DNA from: a plasmid
Sequence record: NZ_CP040051.1
Direction: 5' to 3' (one strand)
Length of the DNA stretch: 64,000 nucleotides
Within the stretch, counting starts at the first letter, position 1. Each line of letters begins with the position of its first letter. Both the position numbers and the translations under genes were made by a program. Positions 32,057-40,062 of the stretch are shown here, one piece after another. The notes beneath the pieces are model-generated. The model was not told the DNA's origin and made no database searches. It saw only the letters and a program-made list of their open reading frames with translations.

Positions 32057-32368
32057 ATGGACGCTAAAGAACTGAACCACATGATAGCTGAGGCCTACAG
32101 CCGGGATTTGCAAAAGCCTGAGCTGGTATCGTTCAAAGAGGTGAGTCGCTGGGGGCGTAAGTACGGTTTCCCCGTCGTATGCACTCTGGCCGATGAAAGT
32201 GAAGAAAAGCAGATCCACTGGGCTGCCAGTTTGCTCATTCAAGTAGCCGGTACTTGGCCGCGAGAAGATATGCCGGAATTGCTCACACCGGAACGGGGCT
32301 CCGCGCTGTTCAACGATGCGATGCAGTTATTGGCGAATGGGCTTGGAGCAGCAAATCAATTGCGCTGA
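32057..32368 (+). CDS. hypothetical protein (103 aa)
   Basis: ORF followed by a terminator-like hairpin (about 32389-32413). Preceded by a motif pair shared with the ISCR2 upstream region. Confidence 0.35.
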   Translation: MDAKELNHMIAEAYSRDLQKPELVSFKEVSRWGRKYGFPVVCTLADESEEKQIHWAASLLIQVAGTWPREDMPELLTPERGSALFNDAMQLLANGLGAANQLR

Positions 32369-32477
32369 CAGCACAAACCTTGTCAATAAGCGGCCTTCAT
32401 GGCCGTTTTTTTGTTTAAAGTTTGTTTTAACAGAACCATAATTAGATATTGCAGTATCATTTTATGATCGCTACAAT

Positions 32478-32493
32478 CTTTCACATGTGAAAG
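32478..32493. promoter_or_regulatory. 16 bp perfect palindrome CTTTCACATGTGAAAG (operator-like), about 45 bp upstream of parA; partner arm motif ATCATTTTATGAT at 32456-32468
   Basis: Exact palindrome. The identical 16-mer recurs at 35893-35908 upstream of the downstream operon. Confidence 0.45.
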
Positions 32494-32535
32494 TTTGGGG
32501 GTGGTCTTGATCACCTGCGAGAAACCAAAATAGAG

Positions 32536-33327
32536 GTGGGTATGGCAAAAGTAATCAGCTTCGCCAACCAGAAAGGCGGAGTGGGTAAGAGTACCCTCTG
32601 TATCCAGCAGGCCTTTTATCTGGCGTTACAGAAGAAAAAGAAAGTGCTGGTCTTGGATATGGATGGTCAGGGGAACACGTCCTCTCGACTGGCCCCCAGA
32701 CGAGAGCTTGAGGATGGTGACTACGAGCCCATCCTCACAGGAACCAAAACCGCAGAGCTGTTCGCTTACGAGCTGGACGGCATTGAGGTCATGCACAGCC
32801 CTTGCGGTGCAGACCTCATTCATACGCCGAAAAACGACCCGGATCTGTTTGAGATGGAGGCTGTGCCTCTTGACCAGGCCATGAATCCGGCTCGCCATTT
32901 GGCTGAGCTGTTTGAGAACTACGACTACGTGCTGATTGATTGTCCGCCTAGCCTCGGCAGAAAGCTGGTGGCAGCGTTGGTGATGTCTACCCATGTGGCA
33001 TGTCCAGTAAAGCTCTCTGGCTTCGCTGTGGACGGCGTAGAAGGTCTCCTGAACACGATTATTGGTGTGCGCGAGGCGTACAACCAAGATTTGGAGATCC
33101 TGGGCATCGTGATCAACGACATGGACCGCTCTGTCAATCACGACAAAGCCCTCAAGTCGCTGGAGAACACAGTTCCGGATCTGTTGTTTGAGAACAAAAT
33201 TATGCACCGGCCTCCGCTCGATACGGCGACGACTGATGGCATCCCTGTCTGGGAGCTTCGCTATGGACATGTCGCGGCCAAAGAAGTTGAGGCGGTGTTG
33301 GAAGAACTATTAGAGAAGGTGGGCTAA
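32536..33327 (+). CDS. parA: ParA/IncC-type partition ATPase
   Basis: Deviant Walker A KGGVGKST near the N-terminus (MAKVISFANQKGGVGKSTLC). 263 aa; directly followed by parB. Confidence 0.85.
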   Translation: MGMAKVISFANQKGGVGKSTLCIQQAFYLALQKKKKVLVLDMDGQGNTSSRLAPRRELEDGDYEPILTGTKTAELFAYELDGIEVMHSPCGADLIHTPKNDPDLFEMEAVPLDQAMNPARHLAELFENYDYVLIDCPPSLGRKLVAALVMSTHVACPVKLSGFAVDGVEGLLNTIIGVREAYNQDLEILGIVINDMDRSVNHDKALKSLENTVPDLLFENKIMHRPPLDTATTDGIPVWELRYGHVAAKEVEAVLEELLEKVG

Positions 33328-33330
33328 GCG

Positions 33331-34512
33331 ATGGCATTGAACAATTTAAAAGGCCTGTCCGAACTTGCTAAAGCCGCCAAAGGCAAGAAAGGCAAAGAGG
33401 TTCTTACCGTACCTGTTGACGACGTTGTATCCAAGGTCCAGGTTCGTAAGCGCTTCCGTAACATTGAAGAGCTGGCGGCAACCTTGCTGACCGAAGGGCA
33501 GCAGTCTCCGATCATCGTGTTCCCGAAGAACGAAGAAGGCAAGTTCGTCATCCAAAAAGGGGAGCGGCGTTGGAGAGCGTGTAAACACGCTGGTATCGAG
33601 ACCATTGACTTGGTGGTGAATGATAAGGTCCAGAACAACTTGGACGAGACTGCTGGTGAGCTGATCGAAAACATCCAGCGGGATGACTTGACTCCGGTAG
33701 AGATTGCCGAGGCGTTAAACCTGTTTATTGAAGAAGGTTGGAAGCAAAAGGATATTGCTGATCGGCTCGGTAAGAATATCACTTTCGTATCTACGCATCT
33801 GTCGTTGCTCAAGCTACCTGACTGTGTGCGTGAGTTATACGATAATGAAGTATGTTCTGATACAGAGACCTTGAATAACCTTCGTCTCTTGTTCGATCTG
33901 AATGAAGAAAGATGTCGCGCCGTCTGCGCGGTGGCTATGTCTGACGGGATTACTCGTAAACAAAGCCGTGAGCTGCTGAATGATGCCAAACGTATCAAAG
34001 ACGAAATGGAAAAAGGCCCACTGACTGGCTCCCACCAGAATGATGAGCTTGGCGCTGGCAACACCGACGAGCAATCCCTCAACTCGGGTGGGGATGGTAC
34101 GTCGGAACAAACCGGGAATGACGACCTGAACCTTGCCCAGGAGGAACTGGAAGGGGGTAAAAATTCCAATGGTCAGGACGATGATGACGAAGACCCTTTG
34201 CGTGATGAAGAGGGTGAGCACAAAGATCCTGTCAAGCAGCCAGATAACAGCGGCAAGGACAAAGATGAAGAAGGCGGTGATGCTCTTCCTCCTCTGCCGA
34301 AGGACAAGGAATGGAAGAACGTCCGGGCTGACAGTTTGATTTTTGCTGTCAACGTTAACCTGGATGGCGAGACCAAACGTGGAGTCATCATGACCGACCG
34401 TGTTGCTCTGGTTCCGTCTACTGTCTGGGTTAAAACGCTCGATGGCGAAGGCAAGGAAAAGCATGTTCATGTGCCTGTGTCAGACATTGAACTCCTGAGT
34501 GTCGAAGGCTAA
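33331..34512 (+). CDS. parB: ParB/KorB-like partition protein and transcriptional regulator with an acidic linker
   Basis: ParB box GERRWRA, an HTH region, a long D/E-rich linker, and a C-terminal domain (...ALVPSTVWVKTLDGEGKEKHVHVPVSDIELLSVEG) that resembles the KorB dimerisation domain. Confidence 0.8.
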   Translation: MALNNLKGLSELAKAAKGKKGKEVLTVPVDDVVSKVQVRKRFRNIEELAATLLTEGQQSPIIVFPKNEEGKFVIQKGERRWRACKHAGIETIDLVVNDKVQNNLDETAGELIENIQRDDLTPVEIAEALNLFIEEGWKQKDIADRLGKNITFVSTHLSLLKLPDCVRELYDNEVCSDTETLNNLRLLFDLNEERCRAVCAVAMSDGITRKQSRELLNDAKRIKDEMEKGPLTGSHQNDELGAGNTDEQSLNSGGDGTSEQTGNDDLNLAQEELEGGKNSNGQDDDDEDPLRDEEGEHKDPVKQPDNSGKDKDEEGGDALPPLPKDKEWKNVRADSLIFAVNVNLDGETKRGVIMTDRVALVPSTVWVKTLDGEGKEKHVHVPVSDIELLSVEG

Positions 34513-34554
34513 TAAAGGAGGCCCAGCCAGAGAGGTTGGGCCTGTCAAGAACAG

Positions 34555-34833
34555 GTGAATATGAAGATCTCACAGGACATGAAAAGAAAATTTGCTTTGG
34601 TGAATGCCCTGTCTAAAACGGAGAAGCCAAGTCTCCAAGACCTTCACAAGGCAACAAATATTCCTGAATCAACGATCAAGAGACAGTTGTCTGCCCTGCG
34701 TGATGAGTTCGGAATGAATATCTTGTTCGTCAGGGAGTCTACCGGCGAACGAGGTGCCACCGGCTACTACATGCTGACAGACTGGGGGATCTTAGACAGG
34801 TCTTCGTTCTTGAACCGGTACGGAAAACTGTAA
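34555..34833 (+). CDS. small hypothetical protein (92 aa), possible HTH regulator
   Basis: ORF after parB; terminator follows. Confidence 0.3.
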   Translation: MNMKISQDMKRKFALVNALSKTEKPSLQDLHKATNIPESTIKRQLSALRDEFGMNILFVRESTGERGATGYYMLTDWGILDRSSFLNRYGKL

Positions 34834-34857
34834 GGTGCCATAGAGCAGCGCATTGAA

Positions 34858-34884
34858 TGCAAAACCCGCCAATCGGCGGGTTTT
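34858..34884. terminator. bidirectional rho-independent terminator
   Basis: AAAACCCGCCAATCGGCGGGTTTTTTT between convergent genes. Confidence 0.55.
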
Positions 34885-34885
34885 T

Positions 34886-35554
34886 TTATGCTGCCACGGT
34901 AGCGGCGGTTGCTGGAGGTTTTTCGGCGTAGTAGGCGATGTTCTTGGTTCGTCTGCTAAGGGTGTCTATGCCGACGATACTCAGCGTTTTGGGAGTGGTA
35001 TTGCGGGACTCGAAATAATGGAATAGCTGGATCATGCAGCACTTCACCATCAACGGATCGATGTCTTCCAGGTAGATTGAGGCTTCTCTCAATGCTTCGG
35101 GACCGTGGTTCTCGATCAGGTTTTCCATCCAGTGAATGGCGTTGATGCCAGAACCACAGCAGGGCTCATAAAAGTCTGCCGAAGACTGTGAGCCAACAAT
35201 GAGTGACATCAAGCGGCCAATCTCTGGAGGAGTGGGGAAGTAATTGGTGCCCTTCTTGTGGAAGCCAGACATGCTTAGGACGTAACCCAAAACATCGCTG
35301 GTGGGGTCGCGCTTAATGGCGGCAGACAGGACGTGAGAGAGCTCGAAGGCGACCGGCTGAAGTTCTTCCGGGATCTCCTCCTTGGCTGGGTATAGGCCAG
35401 TCTGCAAGTATGCCCACTGGTCAATAAAGGCCTCAACAAACCGAGATGTGCCCATTCTGTATCGGGACTGCTCGATGAGAGATAAAGCCTTGGATGTAAG
35501 TTGCTGTGTTTCTGGTGACATAAGCGCTCCAGTTTGTTCTGACGAAACATTCAA
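34886..35554 (-). CDS. N6-adenine DNA-methyltransferase-like half-protein (222 aa) lacking the NPPY/DPPY catalytic motif
   Basis: GTNYFPTPPEIGRLM (motif X-like FxTP) and FYEPCCGSGINAI (motif I-like AdoMet site). No motif IV. ORF ends at the terminator. Confidence 0.4.
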   Translation of the reverse strand: MNVSSEQTGALMSPETQQLTSKALSLIEQSRYRMGTSRFVEAFIDQWAYLQTGLYPAKEEIPEELQPVAFELSHVLSAAIKRDPTSDVLGYVLSMSGFHKKGTNYFPTPPEIGRLMSLIVGSQSSADFYEPCCGSGINAIHWMENLIENHGPEALREASIYLEDIDPLMVKCCMIQLFHYFESRNTTPKTLSIVGIDTLSRRTKNIAYYAEKPPATAATVAA

Positions 35555-35612
35555 GAGGTAGAAACGAAGAACCCCGCCGAAGCGAGGTTCTTTGCTTTCC
35601 TGCCTGATCGCC

Positions 35613-35756
35613 TTAATGCCGAAGCAAAGACGTCTTGATAAAGTCGGGGCAACCGGACATTTCCCGGTCGATGAAGTCCTGACGTTTCGCCAGCGGCCAT
35701 TTCATGAACGCCGCGAGCGGGATGCGCTTATTCGTGTTAGTATTGCCTTGCAGCAT
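35613..35756 (-). CDS. unannotated small ORF (47 aa) with a strong RBS
   Basis: ATG preceded by AAGGAG at 8 nt spacing. MLQGNTNTNKRIPLAAFMKWPLAKRQDFIDREMSGCPDFIKTSLLRH. Below the size cutoff of the ORF track. Confidence 0.3.
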   Translation of the reverse strand: MLQGNTNTNKRIPLAAFMKWPLAKRQDFIDREMSGCPDFIKTSLLRH

Positions 35757-35892
35757 AACAAAGCTCCTTAATTGCTTGATTGTGTTGTAAGGGCTGCAAC
35801 GAAGGTCGAAGAGCGATGCGGCCCTTATTTATGATTATTACAGCATCATAAAATAATATCAAGGGACAATAAAACGATACCAAGAAACAAAA

Positions 35893-35908
35893 CTTTCACA
35901 TGTGAAAG
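35893..35908. promoter_or_regulatory. second copy of the 16 bp palindrome CTTTCACATGTGAAAG; companion ATCATAAAATGAT motifs at 35845-35857 and 36044-36056
   Basis: Exact repeat of the parA-upstream palindrome, and an inverted copy of the 13-mer, upstream of the 36066 operon. Confidence 0.45.
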
Positions 35909-36065
35909 TCTCCCCGCTGTCCACCTCGCACACTCCAAACGCCCAAATAACTTGTCTATCTGCCCAAAATGGGCGCGTAAGCGTCCGATAGAAAGTAATT
36001 GTTAGTGAGATATTGACTACACGGAATATGGCTATATCATAGAATCATAAAATGATACTGTAAAA

Positions 36066-36452
36066 GTGATATGTATGCCAAAGCAAGCAAATCATCTCCG
36101 TTTGAAGAAACCTTGCGCCAACTGTCCATTCCGGAAGGAGGGCGCTATCGAGCTGGTCCCTGGGCGATTAGAAGGCATCATCAACGACATCGTTGAAAAC
36201 GACATGACGACGTTTCATTGCCACAAGACCGTGCATTCAAAGTCAGGTGGTGAATGGGATGAAGAGGGTAACTATGCACCTTCGGGACAAGAGTCGATGT
36301 GTGCCGGTGCTGCGGCTTACTTGATGAAAATAGGCAGGCCGACAGTGGCTATGCGAATTGCCTTTGCGTTTGGTGATGCAAAGGTGTCCGACTGGGACGA
36401 AGCTCAAGAGCTGGTTGTCGAGCCTTTGGTACAAGGGGACCGAAATGAGTAA
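36066..36452 (+). CDS. Cys/His-rich hypothetical protein (128 aa), first gene of a seven-gene operon
   Basis: CANCPF...HCHKT...C putative metal-binding residues. Alternative ATG at 36075. Confidence 0.35.
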   Translation: MICMPKQANHLRLKKPCANCPFRKEGAIELVPGRLEGIINDIVENDMTTFHCHKTVHSKSGGEWDEEGNYAPSGQESMCAGAAAYLMKIGRPTVAMRIAFAFGDAKVSDWDEAQELVVEPLVQGDRNE

Positions 36453-36726
36453 GCGATATGCGGTAGTGCCGCATCCGAAACTGAAACGAGAGTACAAAGG
36501 TCGGCTGGTCAGAACTACTCGGGTACTAAAAAACGGCTGGGGGGTGATCCCTCTAGGGGCTGTGGCAACGGTCACGCATCAGTCTCCCAAGGGATCAGAA
36601 CTGACCTTTGAACCATGCGACTGCTGCGGCCTGAAAGCCATTATCAGTCATGTAAGCATGGACTCCATTGAATTTATCGAACCGATTACTGAGGAAGAAG
36701 ATGGACGAGAACAAGCTCAACATTGA
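36445..36726 (+). CDS. hypothetical protein (93 aa)
   Basis: Start overlaps the previous stop (ATGAGTAA); contains a CDCCG motif. Confidence 0.3.
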   Translation: MSKRYAVVPHPKLKREYKGRLVRTTRVLKNGWGVIPLGAVATVTHQSPKGSELTFEPCDCCGLKAIISHVSMDSIEFIEPITEEEDGREQAQH

Positions 36727-37375
36727 AACGGTCGATGGGCACAACGAGCTGGTAGTCAGCTTTTTGTCCAGAATGGTAAGCCTGAGTGACGAGGAAAAGC
36801 AGACAGTATTGTCCTGCCTTCCGGGCACCGGCAAACAAACAATCACCCAGCTCTATGAGGCGCTGCGTTCTCAAGGGCACCAGGATCTTGCAGAGAAGGT
36901 CGAACCATACCTCCAGCAGGGGGTGTTTGGGCCGATCTTCGATAACGCCAAGTCCAAGGTGTTCGTTCGGGACGAAGCGCCTTTTTTCCTCATGGATGAA
37001 AATCCTTTGAACTGGGATGACGCTAAAGCATTCAATCGCCTACGTATGAGTACGACCTGTGTTCTTGGCCGTGGCGGCTGGACTATCGGTGAGCGCTTTG
37101 ATGACCGCTTTGATACCGAGGTGGGCGGAACACAGCTTATCGTCACCCAGTCACTCAACGAAAAAGGTGAGATTGAAGGAGGACTTCCTACCTCGATGTC
37201 GCTGAATGACTTTGCTGAGTTCCCTAAACAGCCAAGGCCTCCTCAAATAGTCGATTACCAGGAAGACAAGCGATACACGCTTGAGGAAGCGGAAGCTATC
37301 CCTGAGCTCGCACCAGTGGTTCAGCGTCTGAAAGAGCGCATCGAAGAGTATGAGGAGAGAAGAGCCCATGATTGA
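36701..37375 (+). CDS. hypothetical protein (about 224 aa)
   Basis: ORF overlapping both neighbours; acidic C-terminus. Confidence 0.3.
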   Translation: MDENKLNIETVDGHNELVVSFLSRMVSLSDEEKQTVLSCLPGTGKQTITQLYEALRSQGHQDLAEKVEPYLQQGVFGPIFDNAKSKVFVRDEAPFFLMDENPLNWDDAKAFNRLRMSTTCVLGRGGWTIGERFDDRFDTEVGGTQLIVTQSLNEKGEIEGGLPTSMSLNDFAEFPKQPRPPQIVDYQEDKRYTLEEAEAIPELAPVVQRLKERIEEYEERRAHD

Positions 37376-37874
37376 CATGACATGCCGCCTCTGTGCTGGT
37401 TCCGGTGTTTATGACTTTTCCCCTTCCAAAGAAACCTGCGGTATGTGCCAAGGGCATGGGAAATTTGCTGACGCCAAAGCAATGCTGGTGGCTGCCATCG
37501 AGCTGGCAAAGAAGCAACGCGAGCCGGTCATTGAAGTGGTAATGGGGTTGGTGCTCCAGGGTGTGGATGTTAGAGGGAAGGAGCCTGGAGAGCGGTTCAA
37601 GGCTGCTCAGGCCTTTAACGCCCCAGGGCACAACCTATTACGATACGGGTGGGATGCTTGGGAGCTCTATGCCCTCCATGAGGGTGTAAGTCCAGAACTT
37701 GCATCGCTTGGCCGAAGTGTGATGCGCGAGTGGCATAGCCATTCATGGGGCCGGTTCAGTGGAGAGGTAGGCTTTAACGCCGCCGAGATCATGATCAAAC
37801 AGGCCAAAGACAACCCAGAAAAAGCAGAAGAGCGCTGGGCGTTCCTGCTTAGTGAAGAATGGATGGTGGAGTAA
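37350..37874 (+). CDS. hypothetical protein with a DnaJ-type zinc finger (CxxCxGxG x2)
   Basis: CRLCAGSGVYDFSPSKETCGMCQGHGKF near the N-terminus. Overlaps neighbours. Confidence 0.35.
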   Translation: MRREEPMIDMTCRLCAGSGVYDFSPSKETCGMCQGHGKFADAKAMLVAAIELAKKQREPVIEVVMGLVLQGVDVRGKEPGERFKAAQAFNAPGHNLLRYGWDAWELYALHEGVSPELASLGRSVMREWHSHSWGRFSGEVGFNAAEIMIKQAKDNPEKAEERWAFLLSEEWMVE

Positions 37875-38191
37875 TTGTCGTGACAGAACAAACCAATAAG
37901 AAATTGATGCTGGATGAGTCTCCAGATATGCCCCTGCAATTCAAGTGGAGAAAGTTTGGTGGTGCGATTTTTACTGCCACGCAAACAATGGAGCACGTCA
38001 AGGAAGGACGTAAGCTCGGGCCGACTCCAGCAGGGATGCTACCTCAAGAAGTGTGGCTGAACCGCCTGATCGCTATGGAAGAAACCCTGCCACGAGGGAA
38101 GTTTTTTGACAGATTCCGCCGCCGCGACAAAAACGAGCAGTATGACTTGGCCGCCGATCATCTCCGTCTTGTCGGACAGAAAAAGCGATAG
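37859..38191 (+). CDS. hypothetical protein (110 aa)
   Basis: ORF overlapping the upstream stop. Confidence 0.3.
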   Translation: MDGGVIVVTEQTNKKLMLDESPDMPLQFKWRKFGGAIFTATQTMEHVKEGRKLGPTPAGMLPQEVWLNRLIAMEETLPRGKFFDRFRRRDKNEQYDLAADHLRLVGQKKR

Positions 38192-38199
38192 GGGGATAG

Positions 38200-38700
38200 A
38201 TGAAAGCCCAGGCATACCCACCATCAGTCATTCGTAAAGGCGCTGTGTTGTACGCAGCCCTTTATTACATCTCTGATGATGATAAAGCAAAGGTCGAGGT
38301 TACAGAGTGGATAGTTCGCTCTATTCAGAAACGACGCAACTCAACCAGCGATCAACGCTATGTCAATCTTGCCCAAAAGTTAGATGGGATTACGTGGGGG
38401 AAAAGGTCACGGAAGAATGGGGACTTTGGTTGGTTGCCATCTATACCGAGCTGGTGTTTGAAGCAGTTCCGGGAAGGTGGCGAATTGCCTTTTGGCGTTT
38501 ATACGACGCGACTGGCCGCTCTCAAGTTTGCGAAAGTCAGCTTGCAGGAAGAGGTCCAATATTGCGAGGCCGAGCTGAAAAAGCCTCAGACAGAAGAGGA
38601 TACTCAGGAACTCCAAGAGGAGCTGGCGGAGAACCAGAGACTTCTGAAAGCTGCTGGAGCAATGGTGAAGCGCGAGCAAAACAAGAAGAAAAGAGGTTGA
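38200..38700 (+). CDS. hypothetical protein with a C-terminal coiled coil (166 aa)
   Basis: E/K/Q-rich heptad-like C-terminus. Confidence 0.3.
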   Translation: MKAQAYPPSVIRKGAVLYAALYYISDDDKAKVEVTEWIVRSIQKRRNSTSDQRYVNLAQKLDGITWGKRSRKNGDFGWLPSIPSWCLKQFREGGELPFGVYTTRLAALKFAKVSLQEEVQYCEAELKKPQTEEDTQELQEELAENQRLLKAAGAMVKREQNKKKRG

Positions 38701-38703
38701 CCA

Positions 38704-39720
38704 ATGTTACCGATCGTCTCCCCCTCCGTAGTAACCAAACAACTTGCGTTCAATCGAGTAGGCGATAAACGCAAGGTTAGGGTTTCGTCCAACTTTTTGG
38801 ATGTTATGGGGTTCAAGCCAGGTATGGGCATCGCCGTTGAGCCAGGGGAGGGGATGGGCGGTTTTTCGGTGATCCCAGCGACCGATGAACTACAGACACA
38901 CCAGGTTTATCAGCGCCGGTATCAACCAAAGAGTCGCTCCAACAACCCGCTGGAAACCGTTATTGAGTTTTCTGGACAAGGGCTCATAGATAAGTGCTTC
39001 CCTCGCTATACAGAGCGTTTCCACGTCGAAATGCGAAAAGGCCGAGTAGTCTTCACTCCTGTCGCAAACAGAGCCTTTGCCATTGCGGATCGGTTCAGAA
39101 AAACCAGCCCTTTCCGTGCCTTTGTGGCATTGACTGGCGGGGTAGACATTCATGTTATGGAAGCGCTTGGCTGGAAGGCTGAGATTGTTTTGGAGCATCG
39201 TCCAGTTGAAGCCAGAGACAGAGCATCCGGGCGGAACCTGAGTGAAGTACATGCGCTCAATACGCTGGTGAACAGCTCCCCGCGTATCCTGCTGAATGAA
39301 GACATTCATCACCTGGAGCTGGATCGCCTTGGAGCCTTGCTGGCGGAGTGCCCACCAATTGGTTTGGCCCATTACTCGTTGGGGTGTGATGACCACTCAA
39401 ACGCCAAAAGTCCAAGGGACAAAGAGCGTTCTCTTGAGGATCTCTCCACCATGCTCGACATGGTTTACCCGGCACTAAAACAGATCGAGGTCGTGAACCC
39501 TGCCGTCGTGCTGGTGGAAAACGTCCCGAACTTCAAAGCATCCGGAGCCGGGGCGATGATGGGAACGACACTGCGGCGGATGGGGTACTTCCTCACTGAG
39601 ATGGTCTTGAACGGTCTGGATTTCGGCGCTTACCAGGGGCCTCGTTTTCGGACAACGGAGCAAAAGGTCTGGATGATGCTCATTACGTTAAAGCATGGGA
39701 AGTGCAAGGCGACAAGATAG
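38704..39720 (+). CDS. C5-cytosine methyltransferase-like protein with an AbrB/MazE-like N-terminal segment; lacks the TRD and motifs IX-X
   Basis: VLVENVPNF (motif VI, ENV), LDFGAYQGPRFR (motif VIII-like), a GC(D) where motif IV PCQ would sit, and a weak motif I-like ALTGGVD. N-terminal KRKVRVSSNFLDVMGFKPGMGIAV resembles swapped-hairpin DNA-binding domains. Ends abruptly. The next ORF (39702-39938) is open in the adjacent frame. Confidence 0.4.
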   Translation: MLPIVSPSVVTKQLAFNRVGDKRKVRVSSNFLDVMGFKPGMGIAVEPGEGMGGFSVIPATDELQTHQVYQRRYQPKSRSNNPLETVIEFSGQGLIDKCFPRYTERFHVEMRKGRVVFTPVANRAFAIADRFRKTSPFRAFVALTGGVDIHVMEALGWKAEIVLEHRPVEARDRASGRNLSEVHALNTLVNSSPRILLNEDIHHLELDRLGALLAECPPIGLAHYSLGCDDHSNAKSPRDKERSLEDLSTMLDMVYPALKQIEVVNPAVVLVENVPNFKASGAGAMMGTTLRRMGYFLTEMVLNGLDFGAYQGPRFRTTEQKVWMMLITLKHGKCKATR

Positions 39721-39938
39721 AGTGGCAAGCAAAAAGCGAGCAAGCCGAAGCCTTGGCGCGAAGCGAGAAACTTGAAGCCGACGATAGGAAGCGCAATGAA
39801 CTCGAAGAGCTGATGCTACCCATCAGGAAGCAATATGGGGCATTAACAAAGCGACGTGATAGGGCAGGGGCCGCAGCTCTTGAAGAAGCTGTCCTGAGAG
39901 CGCTGAGAGCGCCCATCAGGAAGGCTGAGGAGAAATAA
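39702..39938 (+). CDS. coiled-coil ORF (78 aa), possibly the displaced C-terminus of the preceding gene
   Basis: Reading frame stays open upstream to about 39660. A 1 bp deletion in a CCGG-like context near 39645-39660 would fuse it to the methyltransferase-like ORF. Confidence 0.25.
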   Translation: MQGDKIEWQAKSEQAEALARSEKLEADDRKRNELEELMLPIRKQYGALTKRRDRAGAAALEEAVLRALRAPIRKAEEK

Positions 39939-40062
39939 CCGTGGAGCCAGTCTTAGCTAAAGCATTCGCCGGTTTTAAAGTCGTAGCTGTAAGTGCCCAT
40001 CAGATTGGCTTTTCGGCTTTTCTTGCCATTGGTGTTTGCTGGCGCTTTAGGGGTCGCAAGTA

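Noticed and set aside
33324-34169. 281 aa minus-strand ORF antisense to parB, and similar long antisense ORFs (32626-33270, 40000-40653, 33835-34470)
   Set aside because: GC-rich coding regions commonly leave open antisense frames. They overlap well-supported genes (parA, parB, tnp26) and have Ser/Arg/Pro-rich low-complexity translations.
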